Below, piece after piece: positions 43,201 through 59,765 of a stretch of DNA of 64,000 bases. The DNA is taken from assembly GCF_009914755.1 (NCBI RefSeq), contig NC_060935.1, one strand, 5' to 3'. A model generated the notes under the pieces. It was not told the DNA's origin, did not search any database, and worked only from the letters and a program-made list of their open reading frames with translations. The DNA comes from the human T2T-CHM13v2.0 reference genome, Homo sapiens. Position 1 is the first letter of the stretch, and every line of letters starts with the position of its first letter. The position numbers and the translations under genes were made by a program.

Positions 43201-43543
43201 TCCCTCTCAAAATTAATTTGTTAAAGCCCTAACCCCTAATGTGACTATATTTAGAGATAGGACATTTAGGAGGTAATTAATATCACATAAAGTTTTTAAG
43301 AGTGTGGCCCTGGCCTAATGGAATTAGTATTCCCATGAGAAAAGATACCACAGAGCTCCTTCCCACTTGCCAGTGAGAAGGTTGTCATGGGCAACCCAAT
43401 GGGAGAGCTCTCCCCAGACACCAGCCATACTCGCATCTTGATCTTGGACTTCCAGTCTTCAAAACTATGAGAAAATAAATTTTGGTTGTTTAATCCACCC
43501 AGTCTATGGTATTTTGTTATGGCAGCCCGAGTTGACTTAAAGC
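40241..43543 (+). mobile_element. Near-complete MLT1A MaLR provirus (5' LTR 40241-40617, internal, 3' LTR 43182-43543)
   Basis: Two same-strand MLT1A LTRs; internal starts gattttgg and ends in a purine-rich tract gggaggccggggtcagaa before the 3' LTR. Confidence 0.85.
40959..42067 (-). mobile_element. Second MLT1A element (5' LTR 41705-42067 plus partial internal), antisense inside the first
   Basis: Host internal ggcaat|ccttgttataaagtgg is interrupted; 5-bp TSD gcaat (40954-58) / gcagt (42068-72). Confidence 0.82.
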
Positions 43544-44155
43544 AAACTTTTCTTTTCCGGCGGGGGAAGGGGCAGTAATCATTCTCCTTTTCAGAAAAAA
43601 AAAATGGGGTGGGGTTGATTCTGAGATTTTTTTAAACCTCTGTGATTTAAGTAGAATTGCTTTTTTGCTTTCCCTACTTCTAGGTTAGAACTATGCTTGT
43701 TAGGTTAGATGCTTGTCTGTTTCATATTTTCAAACATAAAATGCTGTTGTTTTTCCCTCTAATTTTTTCTTTGCCTGTGTGTGTGTTTTTACTTCTTGAG
43801 TTATATTTTTTATTGTTGTGGTGGTGGGGTTCCAAAAGACAATAGAGCTAAATTCATGTGTTCAGTTTAAGATTTCTAACCAGAACTTTCCTATTTTATT
43901 TATTTTTTAAATGAAATTATACATGACTTGGGCCTCATTTTGTGAGTAAAACAGTGAGTGGAGAGAATCTATTTTCTTAGTATGTAAACAAAACTTTGAC
44001 TTAATCTAGGGAAAATGCTCAAATCTAGTCTGCAGCCATCATACCTGCTGCTCTCAGGATTCTTGCCTAGGCTGACAAGGTCTACTAAAAACCAAATTGC
44101 ACCACAAGTAGCATCCATCCATTCTGTATCAAACTTGTGCGTGGAGTTCCCAAAC

Positions 44156-44182
44156 GTGTGTGTGTGTGTGTATGTGTGTGTG
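44156..44182. repeat. (TG)n
   Basis: Direct reading. Confidence 0.9.
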
Positions 44183-45340
44183 TACATCTTTCCTCTTCCA
44201 CTGATCCGGTGTATCCTAGCTCCCTTAGGCTTTCTTGCCTCTAAGAAGCCACTCTTATCAGATCACTTTCCATCTAGAAAAATCTGGTCTGTTCACTTCC
44301 AAGCATCTAAGATAATAGTTATTAGTAAGTATGATACACCTAGAAAACATTTTTAATGTTTTATATATTGCCACACTAATGAGAAAGATAATAACATTTT
44401 GTAGGGCAGGACTATACCAGACATTTGAACAATTCCACATGATACAGGCTCCTTTGCATGCCTTATGACTTTGAAATCACATGACAGATAGTCACAGAAA
44501 CACTAAGGTAGTTATATGATCATACAATCTAATCTCATTTTACCTATTCTCAGATTTTTCAAGATTTTCACGTAAAATGAATTTTTTGTGCTTGCAATCT
44601 TCTTGTATCTGTATCTATGGAAGACTGGATTTTATTTGGTTTAGAACTTTTTTAAAAGCTGTATCTATCTCCAAAGGTAGCACTTCCTGAGTTATTTGTG
44701 TGACCAATGTAACACACTTGTATTAGTCTGCATTTGTACATATGGTTTTAATCTCTGGTTAATTCATGACATCTTTTAATAAGGTAATGAAAATATGTAC
44801 ATATTAAATTACACTCTGCTTTATAAGAAATATGTTTATTTTTATTCCTCCATTTATTACAATTATTATAAATTGACTTAATTACATGTTTAGATGGTCT
44901 ATATTATCCATGAATTTCAATTCAAGATAGGACAAGGGGCATAAACATATTTTTAGGGATATCATGGCTCTGATAGTGTTAAAAATCAAGAAGCTTTCAG
45001 TTACAAAGGAGGCTCAAGGACTCAATGTCTTATAAATCCTCTTTGAATGTAGGTGCAACACACATCTTATTGCTTATAAGAAACCTACAGAAGAGAAATG
45101 AGACAGTTAATTTTGAAATATTCTGCTTCATTAAATTGCTAATACTCCCATTGTTGTTATAAGACTTTATTAATTTTTAAATTCAGCAAATATTTATTTA
45201 CTGAACATCTATTAGATAGCAAATAGTTGCATATTTTAAAAAATATTTTTAATGGATCTGTTACAGCCTAATCTTTCCTTTGCTCTTCTACCCCTTGATC
45301 TCTTTCTCACTTTCCTCTATTTCAAGAATTATATAAGGCA

Positions 45341-45662
<322 letters not shown>

Positions 45663-47814
45663 TTATAAAAATACAATAATAAACTTTGCAGATAGGACTG
45701 ACGTCCCTTTTTAGCATGCTTTTCTCCAAGTCTATCCTTGCCATCACCAACTAGTCACTGCTTTTTTCTAGTATTTACATACATATGTGTACCAGTAAGA
45801 AATATGTGTGTTTGTATAGTGAGGGAAGTTGTATTTAGGGGTGTGTTGGGAGTTGTTAATATATTATTTCATATTGTAGATATTTTGCTGTAAATGATTT
45901 ATGTATTTTTAATTTAAAGACATACCTTATAATTTCATTTGTTTGTTCATATAGTTATTCCTTATTTTTTGTCCGTTGTATTGTATTCTATAGTATTAGC
46001 ATATGTCTTCTAAAATATCCACCAAATCACAAGCAACATAGACATCCCAATATTATAAGCTCTCATATCTAACTAGAAAAGTACAGAGAAGGTGTGGCAG
46101 CAGGAGAGTGGATTAAAGCTCTAAGGGAGGGTATGTGGTCTGAAAAGCTTGTGGAAAGACACTAAGGAAAAATCTACCACTTGCTTCCTGAATTTTATTT
46201 GCTTAACCTATAAGGATGGAGCAGGCAGATGACTGAATAAAAGAGAGAATGAGGGAAAAAATGAAGAGGAACAGAGAGAGAAATATTTTATAAATATGTA
46301 TATTTCTTATGTATTTATATACTTACATAATATATATCAATATTGTCTCCTAAGATCTTTTCTCCAGAAATAAGTATCTATGATATCCTTTAGGTCCTAA
46401 CATCTGAGAAAGGAGAGATTTCCAGGACATAAGTCTCTATAATTAACAGCTCAGCTTTCCAACCATCGCCCTAATCAGAAATACATTTGCCTCTAAAAAA
46501 TATTACTTCTGGTATCACCAAAAATCACAGTTAAGATACTGATGAGCTTCCTTGAACAGAAGACACATGATGCTTAGAAAAGTTTATGTGCTTCTTATGT
46601 GAAGAAAGTAGAGTGATACCAGATAGATTATAAACTGGATAAGGAGCCATTATCTGTGCATAGTATAGCCTATTGTGGAAATTCCTATTTTCCTTAAATT
46701 GGAAATTCCTTTAACACACACCTAACCTAAATCAGAACTACTATGATTTTTCAAGAGAGAGAGAGAGAAACAATAATAAAATAAGATATTTTTCATTTCT
46801 GGGAAAATGTTTAGATACCTTGCTTACTAAGAATATAAGATCAAAATAGCAGAAGCAAGAAACAGGAGTTTAAAAAGAAAAACAGCAATATTGTGTTGTT
46901 TTTATCTTGGTTACCTATTTAGAAGTATTTATAGATCTTTAAATTGGAATTTTCTTTGAAGAGATCCAAAGATTCATTACTATCATGCAATGTTTTGTAA
47001 ATCATTATTTTAAGTCTCAGCTAGATGGAACTTCTTTAATTTATTCAGCCCTTGTGACATGGTAATCTGAATAGTATTATCCATAATAATGGGATTTTAC
47101 TTTCTTAATTTATCTTCCAAGACTTACTCTATCCTTATTCTGTATCCAAAGCTTTTACCATGGTGATTATCTACTGTAATAGTAAAGCCACAAGGATTCA
47201 TGAGGAGAGAGATTTTTTCATGATTTTAGCTGCTTATGTTTTATCAGCCTTTTTGGTGATTTGTATTATAATAACCCTGATATATTTCCCAGAATTCTTT
47301 TCCCATCTAATTCTGTTTGTCAAAATGCGAATCATGATCCATGCATGCAATCTGTTTCCATGTAGAAAGATCATTTAAAGTAGAACAGGTAAAAGTAGAA
47401 AAAAATGATTAAGTGGGATTTTAGCCATTAGTGCTTTTAAGCCAGCAATATTTAATTTGAAAAAGAAAGTAGCATGGTATTTTTCACAGAAGCCTTAGGG
47501 AATGCCCAACATCTAACATGCTTTTACTTAATAACATTACCTATTTTTGGAGAAAAATTGCTAACATGTAGTGACTAATGTGTTACCATAATACAGTAAA
47601 TCACTTCATGAGATGGATTACATTCCTGTAACAATTAAATAAAATAAAAATGGGTTGAGCATCTTTATAACCTCAATATTTTAAAAAATTCTTTTTAGCT
47701 AAAGTAACATCACATAAATAAACATGTTTGATATTGTGGAAATTATACATATTCTCAGTCCTAAAGTCACAAAGGTTATTTAACTTCGATTGTGTTCTCA
47801 CTCCAATTGAGTAT

Positions 47815-47832
47815 TCTCTCTCTCTCTATGTA

Positions 47833-47872
<40 letters not shown>
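47815..47872. repeat. Compound (TC)n(TG)n(TA)n microsatellite
   Basis: Direct reading. Confidence 0.95.
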
Positions 47873-48354
47873 AAATCTGATAAATATATGTATATATAAC
47901 TAGAAAATTTTAAAACATGTTTAGCTGTAAAATGATTCAGCTCATGTTATTTTAAATTCACGCCTTACACTCTCTTCACTGCCAGTTGTTATCTAGTTCA
48001 TATATTTTGAAAAACAAGTATTCATTTATCAACTTCATTCAACTAAGACATTAATCATATACCAGAAATGATACTAGTTACTGGACCAGTATCAAGTAAA
48101 CATGATATGCACCACCTACCTCTCTAAAGTTTCTTATCATTAGTAAGCAAAATAAATATTAAACCAATGAATGTCATGAACCTCATTGAATTCAGAAACT
48201 ATATCTGAGTTAGAAAATACATATTTTAATTGATAACACAGAAAATTTGAAAACTCACACGTAACCAAAATATACTAAGTTAAGGCCAATTTTAAAAATT
48301 AACAGATAGGTGATGCAGCAATATTAATGTTGGATCAAAGAGATTTTAGGAAAA

Positions 48355-48660
48355 AAGTAATTAGCAAACATTTATTAAACACAAGGGACAGACCATTGTT
48401 CAATACATATTTTAAGAAGAGACAAAAAATACATAATTTAAACATGCAATGTAGTAGGTGACAATGAGCACTATGAAGGAAGATAAAGCTGAAAGAAGGA
48501 TGAAGCTAGGAGATTCTAATCATTCTGGTTAACTTGATATTTTAAATATGATGGCTAGGAAGCCCTAACTGAAAAGATGATATTTAAGAAAATATCCAAA
48601 AGAAGAAAGATGGACAGTTGTATTTGTTTCTCAGGGAAAAACACCTAGGCTAGAGTAATA
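48355..48660 (-). mobile_element. L2 fragment
   Basis: agcaaacatttatt..tgagcactatgaagga..ggaagccctaactgaaaagatgatattt. Confidence 0.55.
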
Positions 48661-49055
48661 CCAATTTGTTCTAAACATTATGTTTCAGTGATCTAGTCAT
48701 ATTGCAACATGTAGATTTAGCTCATACCTTATCTATTTCCCCTTGTGATGGACACCTACATTGCCTTCAACACTGTTAGAAAAAGAAACATTACTATGAA
48801 CTTCTTCTTAAATACATACTTGTAAATGTATTCAAAGGTTTTCCTCAGAATCAAAATTTCAAGATTATGGAGAATGCCCATATTAAATACAATCAGTGCT
48901 GTTTGATTAGTTTCAGAGGGGGCTTCACAAATTAACATCTCAATAGCAGCATAAGGAGAGTACCTCGATATTACATAATTTTCTAGTTTTCTTTAAATAA
49001 TAAATATAAGAAGGTATTTTACTTCAATAATAAGTTCATACATATCTTAAGATAT

Positions 49056-51078
<2,023 letters not shown>

Positions 51079-51416
51079 TATTTTTTCTATTAGGTTTTTC
51101 TTGCAGTAGTAATCACTGGTTTTTTGTACATGTTTGTATGTAAAAGTTTTGTAGTAAGTCGTCTTATAATGTCAGAAATGTATTTTTAAAATTTTTAATA
51201 TTTTAAACTGCAAGCTCTATTTCAATGCGAATTTTGAAATTTAAAGTGTTATGGGTCACTTTGGTTTTCTTTTTTCCTTGTTAACATATCATTTTTTGGG
51301 TACTCTGGATACCAATTATTTAAAAATTAAATATATTGCAGATATTTTCTTCTAATCCTACACCCATTCTTAATCTTAGCTTGTCATGTTCTTGATAAAA
51401 GTACTTAATTTTAATA

Positions 51417-51515
51417 TAGTTATATATTTTTATATATGATACATATATTTATATATGTTATATATTTATATCGATATATAAGATATTTATATGCTATATT
51501 TTATATATATATATC
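51417..51515. repeat. AT-rich low-complexity (TA)n
   Basis: Direct reading. Confidence 0.85.
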
Positions 51516-52426
51516 TTTGGCTTTATATTTTGTGTTACTGGAAGATCTTATTTAAGGAAACTTCTTGTCTCCTTGGTGTTGTCATTAATTCGTTAGGATT
51601 TTCTTAATTCCACTATTTAAATTATATGATCTATAAATAGTATTTTTCTTCCCTTACAAAGTATTTAATTTTCTTTTCATATTGCTTTGTTAACATAATC
51701 TCTGAAAATTTTGTTGAACAATCATGGTGATAGAAATATCTTCACAGGATAGTCTGGCAATTATTGGCCTTCTAGGGAATCATACATTAGTGTTTCTTGT
51801 ATTTATTTATTTCTGCAGAAGTTCAAAAACATTATTTAATTCTTTTTATTGTATCTGTACTAAAGTTTTTCTCTTCATCATTATTTTGTATACAAAATTT
51901 AGTAAAAATTCATCCAAATTACTTAAATTTTTCAAAAATTATCCACATTGGATTTAATTATAAGTGCTATAATTTTCTGCTAACTCAGTAAATTCTATTC
52001 TTAACCTTTACCAATTCACTTACATTCCTTTCTTTTTATTAGGTTATCAATTTTTTAGTTTTCTTATCTTTCATGACTATTACCTTTATTTTACCTTCTT
52101 TTTTAGTAATATAGGGATAGGCAGATATAAATATTTCTTTGAGTAACACTTTGGTCACAAGTTCTGACCTATTTTCATTTTCTTCATTTTATAATATTCT
52201 ATCTGGGTTTGGTTTCCCCTTTCTATCAAATGCTAAAAGTTTCCTTTGTTTACTTAATTTCTGGATGGATTATTTGATTTACAATTAATTTCCTGTTTGA
52301 CTGCATTGTGATTAGGTAATGACCCCTGCTACATTTCTACTTTTTTGGTAACTTATTGTAATATTATTTGTCCTTTGTGTATTTTGTAGTTTTTGCAGTT
52401 ACTGTTTCATAGGTATTTTAAAATAA

Positions 52427-52819
<393 letters not shown>

Positions 52820-53219
52820 AATTTCTATATTTTTAAATAATTTTCTCCACTCAGTCTCTTCTGAGCTGGAAGAAAAAATATAGTCTCCTATTATACAATA
52901 AAATATTGTTATTAAATATCTACTGTAAGTTTTGATGCTAAAATGTTTCAGATATTTTATATATTTGGCTGATATTTTTAGTCTATCTTCTATCTTTTAT
53001 TGTAATCAAGTGCTCTTTTTTTCTCTAGTTTTTTTTGTCCAGTGATTAACCTTTTGACATTATAAGGCTGATTCTTCTTTGTTTGAAGTATAATTTTTTG
53101 TTTTGACTTCATGACTTTGTCTACATTTTTGTTTTGAGTCCTTTTCCAAAAATAACTTTAGGTAAATTAGCAAATTAATTCTGAAATTCCCAACATTTTC
53201 AGACACACTTCTTTTCTTG

Positions 53220-53610
53220 TTCCTTGATCATGCCAGGCATAATTTCCCTCCCTGGGCTTTTTCACTGGCTCTTCTCTCTACATGAATTTTTTTTCCTCCC
53301 AGAAGTTTCCTCCTCTATCTCCAAGTATCTCCTAAAATATCCATTTCTCAAAGAAGACTATCTTTCGGATTACCTGTTTAAAAGAGCAACTCATCACTCA
53401 GCATCACACAATAGTCATTAGCATGGCACGTCTTTTTCTTTCTCTTTAGAGTGTATGGTTTTTTAACATACTTGTAATATATCTTTTTTATTCATTGTTT
53501 CTTTTGATTTGCACCTTAAATTACAAGCTTCACAGGACCAGAGATTAATCCTCATATGCCAGAACAGTGAAATATGTACGGTAGGTACTAAAAATATATG
53601 TTGAATAATA
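53220..53610 (+). mobile_element. L2 3' fragment
   Basis: catgccaggca..gggctttttcactggct..tgccagaacagtg..gtaggtactaaaaatatatgttgaataa. Confidence 0.6.
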
Positions 53611-54867
53611 CATGAGAAACATGATAGATAAGGTTGAAACATATGCTAGGACAATCTAGATTATAAAGACATTAACAAGATAAATTAAGTATAATTCAAG
53701 AGCTGTAATAAGTTAGAATTGCTACAATTACTAACCAAACAGAAATGATCACTTACCACTGCTGCATAACAATAAGATAGCCAGTAGACTATGCAGGAAT
53801 CCCAGCTCACTAGAGTTTTTGTATCTGTTTGTTATTTCCCTTCATAAAGTATATATTAGAATTCAAGAGAAAGTGATGCTAAACTGGGAATATCTTTAAA
53901 CAGATTTGAATATAAAAGCCAAAAGTCAACTACTCATGGATTAATTTTGGTACTTTAATCATTATTACAAAACATTTCTCAATTGATGGTGACAATTATT
54001 CCATATCCTAAGTTTATTATATCGAGTCAAAGTAGTAACGTATAATATTAACTCATAATATTACCTTGGTTGCTGTTCTTGGTAAAGTACCCATTTTAGT
54101 ATATCATGAGCTAATGATATAATTGTTTAAATGCCCACTCAACCTGGAATCTCTGCTACATCTCTCAATTTCATTTCTTCACTGTATTTTGAAGAAAATC
54201 TGTGGCTTACCTGTTACTGTGCATCCCTTGCTAAAAATGTGTTAGAGAATTAGAATATCTAAAACTGATGTTTGCCCCTGCCATCACAATTTACTATTTA
54301 CAGGTTGCTTTCAACTTCTAGGAAATATCGCTGCTGCTCCAGTATTATTCCAACTAGATCACCCCTGGGTATGGTTTGGGATTTCAGAAATTTGAACACC
54401 AACAAGTGACCATTTTCAGCAGCTTTCTGATTCAATAATTCATGAATTGACCTTTAGACCTTTGTTTGACTTTCAACTCTAGAAATAATTATAATCCCCA
54501 GCATGGTGTATAATAAAACATACATTTCCCAAAGGGAAATAAATGATCAAACTGTCAAACTATAGTGAAATCCACTTACAACACCCAGTTATGTTACATA
54601 TCTTTGTATTGAACTTTTATTTCTTAGCTACTGGACATTAATACAATATTTCTAATGTAAAACACTTATTGATATTTTCAAATGTTAAACAAATTGTATG
54701 AAGAGATTCTTTAGAAGCAGTAAATAAGGTTTCAGACAACATAGAATTGTTTTGTGCTTTCTGTTTTCTTTCTTTAACAGTGATTCTTAATGTTTTGCTT
54801 TTTATGTCTGTTTTATGCAATCCCATCTATGACAGTGATCTAGCCTCTCCAGTGCCAACATATATCT

Positions 54868-54970
54868 TATTTATTCAACAAGAATTTACTGAACACCTAT
54901 CATGAGCAATTTACCATCCTAGGCACTTGAGATACTTCAATGAACAAAACCAATAGTGAATTATATTACA
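54868..54970 (-). mobile_element. L2 3' end
   Basis: ttattcaacaagaatttactgaacacctatcatg..ctaggcacttgagatac. Confidence 0.7.
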
Positions 54971-55511
54971 AGCTTAGTGAACATTGCAGTCAAAAACGTT
55001 AAGTTTAAGGAAGTTGTGCCCCTGACATCAGAAATAGGAGCAGCAGCTCTCTCTCTCTCTCTTGCTTTTAGAAGAGTTGATACGACTTAACAATTTTCTT
55101 ATCATTATAAGATGATTCTCTACCCATGCATATAGATTAGTATTCAGTATCTGAACTGTGTAAATCTATAAGAAGAGCCATACTATTATAGTATAAGAGG
55201 GAGAAGGGTTAGTAATGTATCTTTATTATTTTAGCACTGGAACATTAACTCAGACAGCTATTAAAATAATATCATTTATGACCAGAGCATATGAATGTGG
55301 TCAAAAGGAATTCATCTTAAATAAGACAAATATTTACACTGCCAACAATCAACCCTTTAATATATGGACAGTAGAGTATGTGTAAATGGTGTGGTATTGG
55401 TGCCAATGAAATTAACTTTAAGAATAATGAATATCAAGCCAATGTTTCTGGTACAGCAGGTTTTAAGAGAAAACCACAGTATTCTGAAAAATTATAGATT
55501 CAAAGGAAGTG

Positions 55512-58500
55512 TTTTTTAATTTTCTTTAAAGTTGACTTGTAATAATTGTACATATTTTTGGAGGTACAGTGTGATGTTTTAATACATATATACATTTTGT
55601 AAAAATCTAATCAGGATATTTAGCATATACATAAACTAACACATTTATCATTTCTTTGTGGTGAGAACAATCCAAATCTCTTCTAGAATTCTAAAAATTG
55701 TATATTTTGAAATATAAAATACAATGTTACTAACCAGGGTCACTCTATGCTCCAACAGGGGACCAAAACTTAATCATCCTGTCCAGCTGTAAATCTCTAC
55801 CCATTGGCTAATCTTTCTCTATCTCCCCACCCTTCCTTTCCCCAGCCCCTGGTAACTACTATTCTACTCTCTACTTCAAGGAGATCAACTTCTCTGGATT
55901 TCACATATGAATGAAATCATGCATTATTTGTCATTCTGTGCCTGGCTTATTTCACTTAACATACTGTCATCTAGGTTCATTCATATTACCACAAAGATGG
56001 GATTTTATTCTTTTTATATGGTTGAATACTATTTCATGGCATATATATTTCACATTTTCCTTCTTTATTTGCCGTGCTAGACACTTAGGTCCAGTGCAGA
56101 AGAGTTTCCCTTTTTTCATATCCATGCTAGCATTTGTTATTTTTTTTCTTTGTAGTAAGAGTCATCCTAATGAGAGTGAGGTGATGTCTCAGTATGTTTT
56201 TGGTTTGATTTGAATTTCCCTGATGATTGATTATTACGATGCTGATAATTTTTAATGCCTGCTGGCTGTTTCATGTCTTTTCTTGAGATATGTCGATTCA
56301 TATATTTTGCCTATTTTTTAGTCACATTATTTGAGGGTTTTTTTTTGCGGGGTGGGGGTTATTTTGTTTTGTTTTTGCTATTCAGTTGTTTGAGTTCTTT
56401 ATATACTCTGTATATTAACCTCTAGTCAGATGCATGGTTTGCTAATATATTCTCTGATTTTGTAGGTTATTTTTATTCTGTTGACTATTTTATTTGCTGT
56501 GCAGAAAACTTTTAGTTTGATTCAATCCCATTTGTATATTTTTGCTTCTGTTGCCTGTGCCTTCGGGGTCTTATCCAGAAAATTCTTGCCAAGACCAATC
56601 TCATGAAACATTTCCCAAGTGTTTTCTTCCAAGAATGTAACTGTTTCAGGCCTTACCTTTACATTTCTAATCCATTTTGATTTGATTTTTGTATGTGGTG
56701 AAAGATAGAGGCCTAGATTCATTTTTCTGTGTGTGGGTACAGTTTTCCCAGCACCAGTTATTGAAGAGACTGTGCTTTCTCCATTGTGTGTTCTTGGCAT
56801 CTTTGTCAAAAACCACTTGGCTGTAAGTACAGGTGCTAAGTTTTGTGTTCTCTATTTTGTTCCATTGGTCTATGTGTCTCACTTTAGGCCAGCACCATGG
56901 TGTTTGGTTTGTAGTATATTTTGAAGTATATTTTGTAGTATATTTTGAAGTCAGGTAGTGTGATGTCTCCAGCTTTGTTCTTTTTGCTCAAGGTTGCTTT
57001 GGTTACTCAAGGTCTTTGGTAGAAATTGCATTTAATCTACAGACTGTTTTCAGTAGTATGGAATTTTTAACAAGACTCATTCTTCCAATTCATGAGCATG
57101 TAATAGCATTTATTAATCTTTAATTTTTTAATCAATGTTTTATATATAGTTTTTAGTGTAGGGATCTGCCAACTCCTTTGTTATATTTACTCTAAAATAT
57201 TTAATACAGGCCAGGCATGGTGGCTTACGCCTGTAATCACAGCACTTTGGGAAGCCAAGGCAGTTGGATTACTCGAGATCAGGAGTTCGAGACCAACCTG
57301 GCCAACATGGCGAAACCCCCTCTCTACTAAAAATACAAAAATTAGCTGGCGTGGTGTGTATGCTTGTAATCCCAGCTACTTGGGAGGCTGAGGTGAGAGG
57401 ATCACTGAACCTGGGAGGCAGAGGCTGCATTGAGCCAAGATTGTGCCACCGCACTCCAGCGTGGGCAACAGAGCAAGACTCCATCTCAAAAATATATAGT
57501 TAATTTTTTGTGCCTATTATAAATGAAATTGTTTTCTTGATTACTTAAGATAGTTTGCCGCTATTGTACAGAAGTGCTATTGATTTTTTAAGTTGATTTT
57601 GTATCCTGTAACTTTACTGAATTTTAAAAATAAATTCTAATAATTTTTAGTGGAATCTTTAGGGTTTCCTAAATATAAGATTATTTCATCTGCAAACAAA
57701 CAATTTAACTTCTTCCTTTCCAATTTGAATGTCTTTTATTTTCTTCTCTTGCCTGATAGCTCTGACTAGGACATCCAGTGCCATGCTGAAAAAAAAAATG
57801 GCAAATGTGGACATCCTTGTCTTGTTCCATATCTTAAAGAAAAACTTCTCAACATTTCCTCATTCAGTATGATATTAGCTGTGGGTTTGTCATATATGGC
57901 GTTATTGTGTTGAGGTACATCCATTCTATACTCAATTTGTTGAGAGTTTTTTTTTTTTTAAATCAGGGAGCGATATTAATTTTTTTGAATTTTTTCTATA
58001 TCTATTGAAACAATTATATGGTTTTTTCATTCTTCATTCTGTTATTGTAATGTATTACAATGATTGATTTTCATACGATGCACATGATGTTGAACTATCC
58101 TTGCATCCCTTATACAAATCCCACTTGATCATGGTGAATGGTCTTTTTAATATGACATTAAACGCAGTGTGATGGTATTTTGTTGAGGATTTTTTCATCT
58201 ATTTTCATCAAGGATATTGGACTATAGTTTTGTTTTGTTCTTGTCTGGTTTTGGTATCAGGGTAGTTGGCCTTGTAGATGAGTTTGAAAGTATTTCTTTC
58301 TCTTTAATTTTTTTAATAGTTTTAGTAAAATTGCTGTTAGATCTTTCAATGTTTGGTAGAATAACTCAGTGAAGCCATCGAGTTCTGGACTTCTTTGGAT
58401 GGGAGACATTTTATTACTAGTTTAATTACATTACTCATTATTGGTTTGTTCAGGTTTTCCATTTCTTTATAATTCAATCTTGATAGGTTGTATATGTCCA

Positions 58501-59765
58501 GGAATTTATCTGATTTTTGGCATATAATTATTCGTAATAGTTTCTCATGATCCTTTGTATTTCTGTGGTATCAGTTGTAATGTCTTCTTTTTCATCTCTA
58601 CTTTTATTTTCATGAGTCTTCTCTTTTTTTCTTGGTCTGAGTAGAGATTTGCAAATTTTGTTTATCTTTTCAAAAGAGTAACTCTTAATTTGTTGATCTT
58701 TTGTATTTTTTTGTCTCTATTTTATGTCAGCTCTGAACTTTATTATTTCCTTCCTTCAATTAATTTTGGGTTTGTTTTTTTCTTATGTTTTTAGCTTCTT
58801 GAAGTGCAATGATAGGTTGTTTACTTGAGATCTTTCTTCTTTTTTGATGTAGGCATTTATTGCTGTAAACTCCCCTCCTAATTTTGCTTTTGTTGTATCC
58901 CATTGGTTTGGATTTGAAGTGTTTCCATTTTCATTTATCTCAATAAATTTTTAAATTTCCCTTTTAATTATTTATTGACCCCTTGGTTTTTCAAGAGTGT
59001 GTAGTTCAGTTTTCATGTATTTGTAAATTTTCTGATGTTTTTTCTATTATTAATTTCTAGTTTAATACCATTGTGGTCAAAAAAGACACTTTATATCATT
59101 TCAACCTTCTTAAATTTGGTAAGATCTGTTTCTAGCTTAGTATATAGTCTGTTCTGGAGAATGTTCCACGTGCAGTTGAGAAGAATGTATCTTCTTCACC
59201 TCTTGGATGAAATGTGCAAACTTTTATTAGGTTTATTTGGTCTAGGATGCAGTTTAAATTTGGTGTTTCTTTTATGACTTTCTGTCTGGATGACCTGTCT
59301 GTTGCTATAAGTTGGGGGAGGGGGGTTAAAGTTCCTTAGTATTAGTGTATTGCAATCAATTTCTCTCTTTAGAGAAAATGCATGCATTATAGATCTAAAT
59401 GCAAAAAGATAGACCAATCGTGTGTATGTGTGATTGGATGTTGGGTGAATATACGTGATTGTTACATACTCTTACTGAATTAACCCGTTTGTCATTACTT
59501 AATAACCTCCCTTGTCTCTTTTTTATTATTTTATCTGGAAGTCTGTTCTATCCAATATAAGTATTGCTGCTACTCCTCCCTTTTGGTTACCATTTGCACG
59601 GAATATTTTTTCCATCACTTCACTTTTAGTCTATATGTGTCCTTACCATTGAAATGAGTAGCTTGTTGTCAACATATAGTTCAGCCTTGTTTTCTTTTTT
59701 ATACATTCAGTTACTTTTTATATTTAAATTATAGAATTTAATACATTTAAATTCAAGGCGATTAT
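55512..59765 (-). mobile_element. L1MA-type (about MA4-6) 3' part with decayed ORF2
   Basis: L1MA 3'UTR (aataattgtacatattt..gtgatgtttt) followed by ORF2 remnants (HIDQWNKIE..FDKDAK..SLFNNWCWEN). Confidence 0.85.
57209..57492 (+). mobile_element. AluS/J inserted in L1MA
   Basis: Full dimer with very short tail; degenerate TSD aaaatatttaat/aaaatatatagt. Confidence 0.9.

Noticed and set aside
48069-48094. Small imperfect hairpin tgatactagt..accagtatca
   Set aside because: 10-bp stem with a mismatch inside decayed L2; expected by chance in 64 kb
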